DNA of 29,399 nucleotides, taken from a virus. Lineage: Duplodnaviria > Caudoviricetes. Below the pieces are notes generated by a model. That model was not told where the DNA came from and made no database searches. It saw only the letters and a list, made by a program, of their open reading frames with translations. The DNA lies in IMG/VR virus record IMGVR_UViG_3300020043_002440, positions 1 through 29,399 of that record; one strand, given 5' to 3'. Shown one piece after another: positions 8,587-16,262 of this stretch (position 1 is the first letter of the stretch; every line of letters starts with the position of its first letter). Position numbers and translations under genes: made by a program.

Positions 8587-8676
8587 TTATTGCGTGGTTA
8601 GATTATCTAATCCGTCCTGGGTCAATAAGTCCTCATCGGCTTGCGAGAGTAAACCTACCGACCCGATTACGGGTTT
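8587..8676 (-). other. Putative programmed -1 frameshift cassette giving a 27-aa C-terminal capsid extension
   Basis: Heptamer A_AAC_CCG (8676-8670), 5-nt spacer, 12-bp stem (8664-8653 with 8630-8619); -1 frame reads VIGSVGLLSQADEDLLTQDGLDNLTTQ-stop and ends 2 nt before the terminator stem. Confidence 0.75.
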
Positions 8677-9710
8677 ACGATAGAAACGCAGTTCACATAG
8701 TTAACACCAGCGAACTTGTCTGCTGATTCGTAGATGTCAGTCGGAAGAGTTACAATCTTTCCAGTTGTAGTCAACACGATTGACAAGTTACCACAGTCAT
8801 CCTTCATGGTCAAGTCAACAGGAACTCCAGCCGGTGTGAACACCAAAGTCTTAGAGTAATTGCTTCCAGCCACAGGAGTGATGCCAGTGTTCCAATCAGC
8901 AAGGTTGAAAGATAACCACTGGATTGCTCCGGCAGTTGTCACCAACGCGCTGTTTTGGTCTCCTTGAGCAGCAGCCAAACGAGAATCGTAAGCAAAGCCG
9001 AAACCGTTCTGCTGAGTGATTGCAAGAAGGTCTAAGCCGTACTGAGAGCAGCAGCCTGCTGCCATCGCATTAGCATAACGCTGCATTGCTGCGCCACCGA
9101 ATGCAACTGGTGCACCAGGATAGTTCGCCATGCGAGTTGCTTGCTGGATGTCAGCGATTGCAAATGGATTCGGCTCAGTTGTGCCATTCATTGTAGCAAT
9201 CTCCAAGCAGTCACCAGTTACAGTGTAGAAACCTTCTACATCAGTTCCCCACTTTCCGATGTCAGCAACAGCTTGAACAGCAGCAGCAGAAGCAACTTTG
9301 CGGTCGATTACGTCCATCAAGCGCATTACTGACTCAAGCACATAGCGTGAGTTCTCCTGGCAATGACGAGCGATATCAGCAGCATTGATAAGCTGTGATG
9401 CAGTGTAAGTGTCAGTCGTATCAACTGTGTAAGTTGTAGTGCTGTCACCGTAAGTGTTGGTTGAAGTACAAGTAAGGATGTCACCACCCTCTTCAACTTC
9501 GGTCTCAGGCAAACGCTGAATCCAACGTGCTTGAACGGTTTTTAATTTTCCACCGCCTGGAGATACTTCAGTGCGGATAAGTTTTGCGTTCTCAGGTGAA
9601 AGTAAGAACTCAAGAAAAGGAAGTTGCTCACGCTGACCAACTTCGATGAAGAGCTCACTAAGTGACATTTGCACATTAGGACACTCCGATAGAATGCGAG
9701 ATATAGACAT
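8667..9710 (-). CDS. Major capsid protein (347 aa)
   Basis: Size, position downstream of portal and scaffold, own promoter and strong terminator. Confidence 0.8.
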   Translation of the reverse strand: MSISRILSECPNVQMSLSELFIEVGQREQLPFLEFLLSPENAKLIRTEVSPGGGKLKTVQARWIQRLPETEVEEGGDILTCTSTNTYGDSTTTYTVDTTDTYTASQLINAADIARHCQENSRYVLESVMRLMDVIDRKVASAAAVQAVADIGKWGTDVEGFYTVTGDCLEIATMNGTTEPNPFAIADIQQATRMANYPGAPVAFGGAAMQRYANAMAAGCCSQYGLDLLAITQQNGFGFAYDSRLAAAQGDQNSALVTTAGAIQWLSFNLADWNTGITPVAGSNYSKTLVFTPAGVPVDLTMKDDCGNLSIVLTTTGKIVTLPTDIYESADKFAGVNYVNCVSIVNP

Positions 9711-9809
9711 GATTTAAATGTAGTTTGGAGTTTCTGCCAGTTGCAAAGGCCGACAGGTGCGCCTACTTCGTGCCAGCAAGTCGGCACACACTACATCATC
9801 ATAGAGTTG
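9711..9809 (-). promoter_or_regulatory. Structured 5' leader of the capsid mRNA
   Basis: P1 AUGUAGU (9796-9790)/ACUACAU (9724-9718), P2 GCCGAC (9785-9780)/GUCGGC (9754-9749), small P3 UUUGC/GCAGA. Confidence 0.55.
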
Positions 9810-9817
9810 CAAAGATA
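9810..9817 (-). promoter_or_regulatory. -7 promoter box for the major capsid gene
   Basis: TATCTTTG directly after the terminator U-tract. Confidence 0.65.
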
Positions 9818-9818
9818 T

Positions 9819-9852
9819 AAAAAAAAATGACTGCCGTCGCTTGCAGTCATTT
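9819..9852 (-). terminator. Intrinsic terminator
   Basis: AAATGACTGC-AAGCGACG-GCAGTCAT running into a T9 tract. Confidence 0.85.
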
Positions 9853-9881
9853 ACTAAGCCTAAACTTAAAATCTATGAAAC
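9819..9881 (-). ncRNA. Candidate ~60-nt small RNA
   Basis: Bracketed by a full promoter (9886-9917) and a terminator (9819-9852) with no complete ORF between them. Confidence 0.4.
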
Positions 9882-9885
9882 AGGG

Positions 9886-9917
9886 CAAAGATACTAAGGC
9901 AGTTCGATTTTTCCAAA
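9886..9917 (-). promoter_or_regulatory. Bacteroidota promoter (-33/-7)
   Basis: TTTG (9917-9914) - 20 nt - TATCTTTG (9893-9886). Confidence 0.65.
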
Positions 9918-10166
9918 AAAAGGTTTGTCGCTTACTGACCTTTTGCCTTCGCAGCTCCAAAGCTGCCGAGCCCACCAATTCGCTGAGCCTTTCTCAGAAG
10001 AGATGCCAGCACTACGAGCACAGTAAGAATTCCCTGCATCTGTGCCTGGCTTAATCCGATAGCCTTCAGCACCAAAGTGAATCTCATTGCCCTCATCGTC
10101 TACTGCCTTATATTTCTTCCCAACACGTTCCGAGGAGGTGACATTGAAACCTTCATACTGTGGCAT
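9894..10166 (-). CDS. Conserved small viral protein (DUF6321/DUF5754-like)
   Basis: GKKY...IHFGAEGY...SYCARS...SANWWARQLW pattern. Confidence 0.6.
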   Translation of the reverse strand: MPQYEGFNVTSSERVGKKYKAVDDEGNEIHFGAEGYRIKPGTDAGNSYCARSAGISSEKGSANWWARQLWSCEGKRSVSDKPFFGKIELP

Positions 10167-10314
10167 ACGTGGTCATGTTTATCTTGTTCTCCAAATATGC
10201 GAGCACGATCTCAAGTGCTTTGGTTAGCTGTGCCGGCTCGAGCATTTCATTGTTGAGTCCCTGCCGCCAATCGGCATGATGCTTCAACACCTTGTATGCT
10301 TGCTTGATTGTCAT
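10153..10314 (-). CDS. Hypothetical phage protein (53 aa)
   Basis: Not in the track; MTIKQAYKVLKHHADWRQGLNNEMLEPAQLTKALEIVLAYLENKINMTTYATV, ATGA-coupled to the scaffold stop. Confidence 0.7.
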   Translation of the reverse strand: MTIKQAYKVLKHHADWRQGLNNEMLEPAQLTKALEIVLAYLENKINMTTYATV

Positions 10315-11132
10315 TTCGCAAAGAATCGAGGGTTAATGCCACGGATCTTCTTGTCCGCTTGTGGCTCAAGCTGTGGGATGATTGCACCAGGTCTTGGCAC
10401 TCTTTGGCCTGCTGATGGATTCTTTTGGATGATACCGGCAGCAGTTGCTTCCTGAAGCAGCACATCGGAGAGATTGAGGAACGAGCCTGCCTTCTCCTTG
10501 GATTTCAATCGCTCGCCGCTGTTCTTATCCTTCACGAAGACATTGCCGTCTTCCTCAAGATCGATTGCGTATTTCTCTCCAATAGTTGCCTTGAAGCCTT
10601 TGATGGTGAATTCATTCACGGAAGGATCAAGCTTGATTGCTCCAAGTTCTCGCTCGAAGGTATGGTTTATCTTGCTCTGCTTCTGCTCTTCTGCCATCTT
10701 CAGCTTGAACTGGTCGAACTGATTGATTGCTTCCTGTCGTGCAGTGTCAATCTCTCCCACTTTGCGCTCAAGCGATTTGTACTTCTTCTCCCATTCCTTC
10801 ACAAGTTCCTCTGAGCCTGACTTGTCAGCACGTTGCTGCCATTCATCTTGCTGCTTCTCATAAGCTTCGCGAGCACGCTCTGAGGCCATGCGTAAAACAT
10901 CTTGCGCCTTCTTGTCTTTGAAATCTTCCTCAGTCAGTGTAACTCCGAAAGGCTCAAAAGCACGCTTGGCAACATGGGCAATTGTACCGTTAATCTTTCC
11001 GAGCTTTTCGCTTAGCTCCTTTGAGTTGACCCAGTTCTCCTGGAACTTCTCTTTTGCTTCCTCGAGGTTTTCTGCTTCGTTGAGGTTTAGGAAGTTCACT
11101 ATCTCCAGTGCTTCCTCCGGTTTGATCGGCAT
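10311..11132 (-). CDS. Putative capsid scaffolding protein (273 aa)
   Basis: E/K-rich coiled coil between the head morphogenesis gene and the major capsid. Confidence 0.7.
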   Translation of the reverse strand: MPIKPEEALEIVNFLNLNEAENLEEAKEKFQENWVNSKELSEKLGKINGTIAHVAKRAFEPFGVTLTEEDFKDKKAQDVLRMASERAREAYEKQQDEWQQRADKSGSEELVKEWEKKYKSLERKVGEIDTARQEAINQFDQFKLKMAEEQKQSKINHTFERELGAIKLDPSVNEFTIKGFKATIGEKYAIDLEEDGNVFVKDKNSGERLKSKEKAGSFLNLSDVLLQEATAAGIIQKNPSAGQRVPRPGAIIPQLEPQADKKIRGINPRFFAK

Positions 11133-11256
11133 ATATTTCAGGGGTGTTAATTGGTTGCAATTCTAATTCTTTCGCGCCTTTCTTTTTAATCAGATGCTCA
11201 GCCACCATATCGGAGGCCTTAATGATGCGCCCATCTGTGAGTATCAAGTGTCTCAT
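10990..11256 (-). CDS. Small basic hypothetical protein (88 aa)
   Basis: ATG 4 nt after a promoter box; 143-nt overlap with the scaffold gene. Confidence 0.6.
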   Translation of the reverse strand: MRHLILTDGRIIKASDMVAEHLIKKKGAKELELQPINTPEIYADQTGGSTGDSELPKPQRSRKPRGSKREVPGELGQLKGAKRKARKD

Positions 11257-11260
11257 GTAA

Positions 11261-11268
11261 CAAAGGTA
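11261..11268 (-). promoter_or_regulatory. -7 promoter box (leaderless geometry)
   Basis: TACCTTTG-TTAC-ATG. Confidence 0.65.
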
Positions 11269-11277
11269 TAAAATTAT

Positions 11278-12189
11278 TTAATCATAAAACCCTTCGGCTC
11301 TTGCTCTTGCTTTTACCGTCTCCGGCACCTTACGATCAGGCACTGGCACCAGATAGTGTCGACAATTCCACCCACCCACTAAAGTGAAGATTGACTTGCT
11401 ATCTGTGCCATCAATGCGCCCAGCCCAAGTGCCGTCACGTATGTCTCTTATGCCTCCGCTATTCTCTCCATCTCCCCACGCTTCAATCTCTTTGCGGTGA
11501 AATATCTGCCCCTCACGATGCTCGCAGAAGGGCCGCGTTGTTGGTATCTCCCCACCAAGGTACTCGAACCATTGAATCCCAAGTTCGTCATTGACAGCCG
11601 CTGAATAGCTTCTGTCTGCAACGGCTTGCGCGGTTGTGGCTGTGGTCTTGATGTTGGCAAGTAGCCTGCCGTCATTTGTCTCTGTGCCCGTGACAATTCC
11701 CTCCAGTGCTGCAACGGTCTCGCGTAGTGGTGACCTTGCTGCGATGTTGGTGGTAAGCTGCTCAAGGAATGGCTGCGTGAATCTTGCATCCAAGCCTGCA
11801 CCAAAGAAAGTGTTTATTGCGTTCTGCTTGCTCAGTTGCAGCAATTGCTTCTGCACCTCTGTTGGCTCGAATGAACTCTCGAATGTCTGGGCAATCTCAT
11901 TGGTGAGTTGCACGCCTTCATCAATCGAACCAAGGAATGCACGCACGGCTTCGCGGTATTCACTGCCTGCAAGTACCTTCTTGAGCTCATCGCTGATGAG
12001 TGCAATGCGCCTTATGTTGCCTTCAGTCTGCTCGATGTTTCCAGCAGCGGTGACATCCATGTCCTCCAAGATAGGGCGAATCTTTCGCCATATCTCAGCT
12101 TGAGTTTTCTGCGCAGCCGTTGCCAGCTTCTCAGGCACTGACTCGAACAGCGCAATCTTGTCTTTGACTAACTTATCAAATGATGCCAT
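11278..12189 (-). CDS. Head morphogenesis / minor capsid protein (Mu gpF / SPP1 gp7-like)
   Basis: YLGG..TTRPFC...GGWNCRHYLVPV motif; immediately after the portal. Confidence 0.8.
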   Translation of the reverse strand: MASFDKLVKDKIALFESVPEKLATAAQKTQAEIWRKIRPILEDMDVTAAGNIEQTEGNIRRIALISDELKKVLAGSEYREAVRAFLGSIDEGVQLTNEIAQTFESSFEPTEVQKQLLQLSKQNAINTFFGAGLDARFTQPFLEQLTTNIAARSPLRETVAALEGIVTGTETNDGRLLANIKTTATTAQAVADRSYSAAVNDELGIQWFEYLGGEIPTTRPFCEHREGQIFHRKEIEAWGDGENSGGIRDIRDGTWAGRIDGTDSKSIFTLVGGWNCRHYLVPVPDRKVPETVKARARAEGFYD

Positions 12190-14083
12190 TCAGAAGCTCC
12201 TGTTGCGCCTGTTGAATCGGATCGAGTTGCGTGCCTATCTTATCCGATGCCAAGCGATTCAATGCAGCAATCTGCTCGCTCATTGGTAGGTCGATAAAGC
12301 GAGGCGCATCTTCAGTCGGAATGTAGTTGCGGATGAGCTCCATGATTAGCTGAGGTGCGCTGTGGTGAATCACATCTTGATACTTCTCAACCGTTCCATT
12401 TGCAACGCGCAACGCGATGTCTGCGCTACTCATCAGCAGCAACTCATCGGCATTTATAATCAAATCGTAAATCGCTGATGTCTCTTCATCCGTGTAGTGA
12501 ATTGCTCGGATATAGTTGTAGACATTGCTGAAGGTAATTGATGGCGGCACTCCAGCCTTAACGCCTTCGCAGATAACAGCAAGGTAGTCGCTCGGAGTCG
12601 ATATGTCAAAGGATGTTGGATATACCAAGTTGATGCCTCCAAAGAATTCGCCATATCGCATTTGCCCCATTGTCACCAAGCAGAACTCATACAAGTTGAA
12701 TAGCTGGTCTGAGATAGGCTTAATGAAGGCATACAGCGCACGCAGCTTGTTCAATGAGCCTGTTGCAGTCGATGCTTCGCCAATGGTTCCGCTTTCGTCA
12801 GATGATGGCAAGTGCAATATTCTGCGAGCCTTCGCCATCTGCTGCTCAATCTCTGTGCGCAGAAAGTTCAGCGTGTCCATTGGTGGGCTCACGAACTTGA
12901 GGTACTCACCAGATAGAGCACTGTCTCCTTCGCTCAATGCGGTCTTTGGCTTGATGAGTAGCATCCCTGTCGGGCTGAATCTGCTCTTCACACCTGAGCC
13001 ATTACAGCTTGAGCATGTCCGGTACCCTCCGTTAATCGGGTCAAAGATTTGACCGTCTTGGCACTTGTTGCCTTCGCGGTCGATGAACTCGCAAATCTCG
13101 CCAAGCGCAACCATGAAAGGGAAGGCACTTGTCGCTTTGCTGATTTGCAAATATGACTCATCGAGAATCACCTGGTCCAACAATGGCACAGCCGTGATGA
13201 ATGGAGACTGGAATGCAATCTCTCCATTGATGAGCTGAGGCGTGCCTTGAAGCTTCTGCGCAGGCACATATCCAAGGTTGTGCTGATAGTAAAGCACAGG
13301 CTCTGAGAATTGCATGTCGGACTTCTTGCCGTACTGATACACCTTCCAAATTGCTTCGGTGTCGTATATCTCAAGCACAAGCCCTGAATGCTCCATCTTG
13401 CTGCCGACCTTCACCTCACTCTTGTCATCAGCAATCACCATGTAATACTCTCCGAATTTCTGCCCCACGATGCTCTTGCAGGAATAATATTCCGGCATCG
13501 GCTTGATAAGTTCATTGCTGATTATCTCTTCTCCTTCTTCATTCTCGATGGTGTCAACATCTTGCGGCTCGATTGCAATGATTCCATTCGGGTCAATCAG
13601 CTTCAATGTTGGCAGCATGGTCTTGACAAACATCTCCAAGGAGCCGAACTTCTCAATCTCGTTATTCACATATCGCTGGAAAGTATCATCTCCAAAGATT
13701 GGCTCAAGCTCTGGCGTGTAGCGGATGGACCAGTTCTGGTCTGCGAAGGCGCGGCTTATCGTGGCCTTGAAGTCCTCGAACACACTGAGTGTTGTGGGCT
13801 TGTAGTTGGCTCGGATGTACTCAGCCTGCGCATCAGTCTGATTCGGGGCTCTCACTGAGAGCAAGTGAGCCGGGTAAATGTCAGGCCGGGTATGCGGCAA
13901 AATGCTGTCATACATCTTAGCGGCATAGTTATACCCCGGCCAATACTCAGGATATTGAGATACACCTGTGCGCTCCTTAGTGATGGGGTTTATGGGTGAG
14001 CTCTTCGCAGCCGTCTCCCATCCCTTGTACTGGTAAGCGAACTTGCGAACAATCTTGTCAATGTCCTCAGTAGATAGTGCCAT
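12176..14083 (-). CDS. Portal protein (635 aa) with a Cys-rich insert
   Basis: Size, position before the gpF-like gene, helical C-terminal half with YPTSFD; C-x9-C...CSSCNGSG insert. Confidence 0.7.
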   Translation of the reverse strand: MALSTEDIDKIVRKFAYQYKGWETAAKSSPINPITKERTGVSQYPEYWPGYNYAAKMYDSILPHTRPDIYPAHLLSVRAPNQTDAQAEYIRANYKPTTLSVFEDFKATISRAFADQNWSIRYTPELEPIFGDDTFQRYVNNEIEKFGSLEMFVKTMLPTLKLIDPNGIIAIEPQDVDTIENEEGEEIISNELIKPMPEYYSCKSIVGQKFGEYYMVIADDKSEVKVGSKMEHSGLVLEIYDTEAIWKVYQYGKKSDMQFSEPVLYYQHNLGYVPAQKLQGTPQLINGEIAFQSPFITAVPLLDQVILDESYLQISKATSAFPFMVALGEICEFIDREGNKCQDGQIFDPINGGYRTCSSCNGSGVKSRFSPTGMLLIKPKTALSEGDSALSGEYLKFVSPPMDTLNFLRTEIEQQMAKARRILHLPSSDESGTIGEASTATGSLNKLRALYAFIKPISDQLFNLYEFCLVTMGQMRYGEFFGGINLVYPTSFDISTPSDYLAVICEGVKAGVPPSITFSNVYNYIRAIHYTDEETSAIYDLIINADELLLMSSADIALRVANGTVEKYQDVIHHSAPQLIMELIRNYIPTEDAPRFIDLPMSEQIAALNRLASDKIGTQLDPIQQAQQELLNGII

Positions 14084-14163
14084 TATGCAACTGCTTTAGT
14101 TGTTGATTGTACAATTACGTGCGAGCCGCATGACTTGCTGCGGCAGAAGTTGATTGGTTTCAT
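14083..14163 (-). CDS. 26-aa microprotein MKPINFCRSKSCGSHVIVQSTTKAVA
   Basis: Exactly fills the gap: ATGA overlap upstream, TAATG overlap with the portal start. Confidence 0.6.
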   Translation of the reverse strand: MKPINFCRSKSCGSHVIVQSTTKAVA

Positions 14164-14729
14164 GGTTTCTGAATTAGCGAAAGGCCACGCCCCTCGGATG
14201 TGTTTAATGTGATGACGTTGTACTTGTAATACTTTGCATACTCCATCAGCTTCTTAACATCAGGAATATGAATTGTGTCATGATAGGCAATGGTTCCGCC
14301 CGGCTTGATCATGCGCTCAACTTCTTTGAACTCCGGCAAGATATTCGCCCAGCTATGGTCTCCATCGACAAAGATGAAATCAAACTGTCTCGGCTTCATA
14401 CCTTGCATCACCTTGATTGATTCGCCAAGGATGAAATCAACCTCAGCCCCGAATGTAGTCAGGTCATGCTTCAAGTAGTTGTTTATATCGATGCCGGTAT
14501 ACTTGCCGCCATATGGCAAGGCTGCAATCATCTTGACTGAAGTCTCGCCTTCGAATACTCCAATTTCAAGCACATTTGCTGCGCCTGTCATCTTGATTAG
14601 TGATCCGATGAATTCGCACACATCAACTTCACTGTTCCACTCATTGCGAGCAACCTCGGTGAATGTCTCGGTTATTACAATCTTCTTAGGCCGTCCGGCT
14701 TTCTTTGGCTTATCTTCTTGGGTCTGCAT
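14160..14729 (-). CDS. Class I SAM-dependent methyltransferase (Methyltransf_24-like, probable O-methyltransferase)
   Basis: VLEIGVFEG, GIDI, FDFIFVDGDH, IKPGGTIAYHD motifs; start reassigned to MQTQED (14729). Confidence 0.85.
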   Translation of the reverse strand: MQTQEDKPKKAGRPKKIVITETFTEVARNEWNSEVDVCEFIGSLIKMTGAANVLEIGVFEGETSVKMIAALPYGGKYTGIDINNYLKHDLTTFGAEVDFILGESIKVMQGMKPRQFDFIFVDGDHSWANILPEFKEVERMIKPGGTIAYHDTIHIPDVKKLMEYAKYYKYNVITLNTSEGRGLSLIQKP

Positions 14730-15630
14730 GTTTGTGGTCTGTAATTCTGTGAATAAAGTATTTATGCTGGAGGCCATCTTCTTGCATCCATGCTTTAAGT
14801 TTTCGATCAAGCCAGTCAATGTAAAAGCTTGGCGTGAATCCTTTGCCGCCATAGTAACTCATCAAGTAGAACCGTTCTTCAATCTGGTTGAATGTAAACT
14901 CTCTGTTCATCTGGAAGCATACCACATCAATCTCATACGGCTTGAATTTATTCTTGCCGAATGAAACATTGAAGTACAATTCATCAGGCTGACCACCGCC
15001 CCACTTCATTCGAAGCTTGGCAAGCGGAAGCGGATTGTTGAGGTACAAATCGGCAGCCGTTCTGAATATCGCCTCTGCCTCATCGCACTTCTCAATGAAC
15101 TGGATGCTGCTATTGATAGCGTATATCTTGTCTTCCTTAGACAGCCCGAAATGCTGCCACAGAGAATCGGCCCACGCCCATTGCATCTCTTTGAAGTCTC
15201 GGCCCTTGTCGATGGTGTGCTCGCCAACAACTCGCGTGGCATACTTCGCATCGTTAGCAATTAGCTGCTCGATGAGAGGCTGCAAGTCCTTCAAGCAGAC
15301 TGCATCAACATCGAGGTAAAGATTGTAGTGATACGGCAAGTAATCGTACAGAAGCACCTTGGCCTTGCCCGGATCTAATTTCTTGTTCGTGTATATGTGC
15401 TGCTCAGGCAGTTCAACAAAGGTGTCGATGCATTGGCCCAGCTCGTGGCAATGATACACAGCACGCTCGCTACTATCGCAAATTAAAGCGATAGGCAGTG
15501 CGGCATTAAATCGCTTAATCGAATAAGCGAGGTTATAAGCAGCCCAGTAATACTGAGGCTTGCCAAATGCCACAAGCACCACCCCTTGCGAGGTAGTGCC
15601 TTGGCCTTGAATGTTTGAAGAACTATCCAT
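14710..15630 (-). CDS. GT-A fold glycosyltransferase (GT8-like)
   Basis: KAKV..YDYLPY..NLYLDVD (DxD), INSS, PDELYFN motifs. Confidence 0.75.
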   Translation of the reverse strand: MDSSSNIQGQGTTSQGVVLVAFGKPQYYWAAYNLAYSIKRFNAALPIALICDSSERAVYHCHELGQCIDTFVELPEQHIYTNKKLDPGKAKVLLYDYLPYHYNLYLDVDAVCLKDLQPLIEQLIANDAKYATRVVGEHTIDKGRDFKEMQWAWADSLWQHFGLSKEDKIYAINSSIQFIEKCDEAEAIFRTAADLYLNNPLPLAKLRMKWGGGQPDELYFNVSFGKNKFKPYEIDVVCFQMNREFTFNQIEERFYLMSYYGGKGFTPSFYIDWLDRKLKAWMQEDGLQHKYFIHRITDHKHADPRR

Positions 15631-16169
15631 TATCCAAAGATGCCAGCAGGGGCATCATATTGTGCTGGGATGTTCTTATCGCGCCATGAGAAGGTCACTT
15701 CGTAACGCTGCAATTCATTGTTCTGCTCAGGAAGGATGAAGTTCGCTGAAGTAGTAATACCCACAGGAGGGTTGATATAAATCACCTTTCCGCTGTCGCA
15801 CATGTACGCAAGTACCCAAGCGATGCGGCGGTTGTTTACATCATTCCAAAAAGTATTATTCTCGTCAGTTACGTTTGCATCAAAGAGCGTAGCAGTTCTG
15901 TCTTCGTTGATACGAATGGCAGTACCGCAGCCAATTGGTGAATCAACAGTTACCGGTGAGCCAGCAGGAAGAGCGAAGCGGATGTCTTCAATGAGCTTTG
16001 CAGTGCCTGCCGTGATTAAGGCATCCACTTCAACAGCGTCTGAAGGATCCACAAGTTCTGTTCCGCAGGCACCTACCAATATTGCAGATACACCTCCGAG
16101 CTTGTATTCGTTGCAGTTTACTAAGTTGTGATCAAGTAGCGATGAGTCGCAGTAGCTTACACAAGCCAT
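15630..16169 (-). CDS. Putative major tail tube protein (179 aa)
   Basis: Acidic beta-rich protein of tail-tube size ending YEVTFSW; has its own promoter and structured leader like the capsid gene. Confidence 0.6.
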   Translation of the reverse strand: MACVSYCDSSLLDHNLVNCNEYKLGGVSAILVGACGTELVDPSDAVEVDALITAGTAKLIEDIRFALPAGSPVTVDSPIGCGTAIRINEDRTATLFDANVTDENNTFWNDVNNRRIAWVLAYMCDSGKVIYINPPVGITTSANFILPEQNNELQRYEVTFSWRDKNIPAQYDAPAGIFG

Positions 16170-16250
16170 AGTATAGAGATTTGAATTGTTGGTGGTTGCC
16201 TGTTGAATAGGACGGCTTCCGAACTCCTACGTCTCTATGATGATCTACTG
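16170..16250 (-). promoter_or_regulatory. Structured 5' leader of the tail-tube mRNA
   Basis: P1 AUAGAGA (16238-16232)/UCUCUAU (16179-16173, positions -10 to -4 of AUG); P2 UAGGA/UCCUA enclosing CGG-AAG-CCG. Confidence 0.55.
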
Positions 16251-16258
16251 CAAATTTA
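16251..16258 (-). promoter_or_regulatory. -7 promoter box
   Basis: TAAATTTG just downstream of the previous stop codon. Confidence 0.65.
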
Positions 16259-16262
16259 CGAA

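Noticed and set aside
9791-9850. 19-codon ORF MTASDGSHFFLYLCNSMMM
   Set aside because: Starts inside the terminator stem and runs through the U-tract and promoter; likely incidental
14730-14852. N-terminal extension of the methyltransferase ORF
   Set aside because: Deep overlap with the glycosyltransferase; ATG at 14729 gives a normal short overlap
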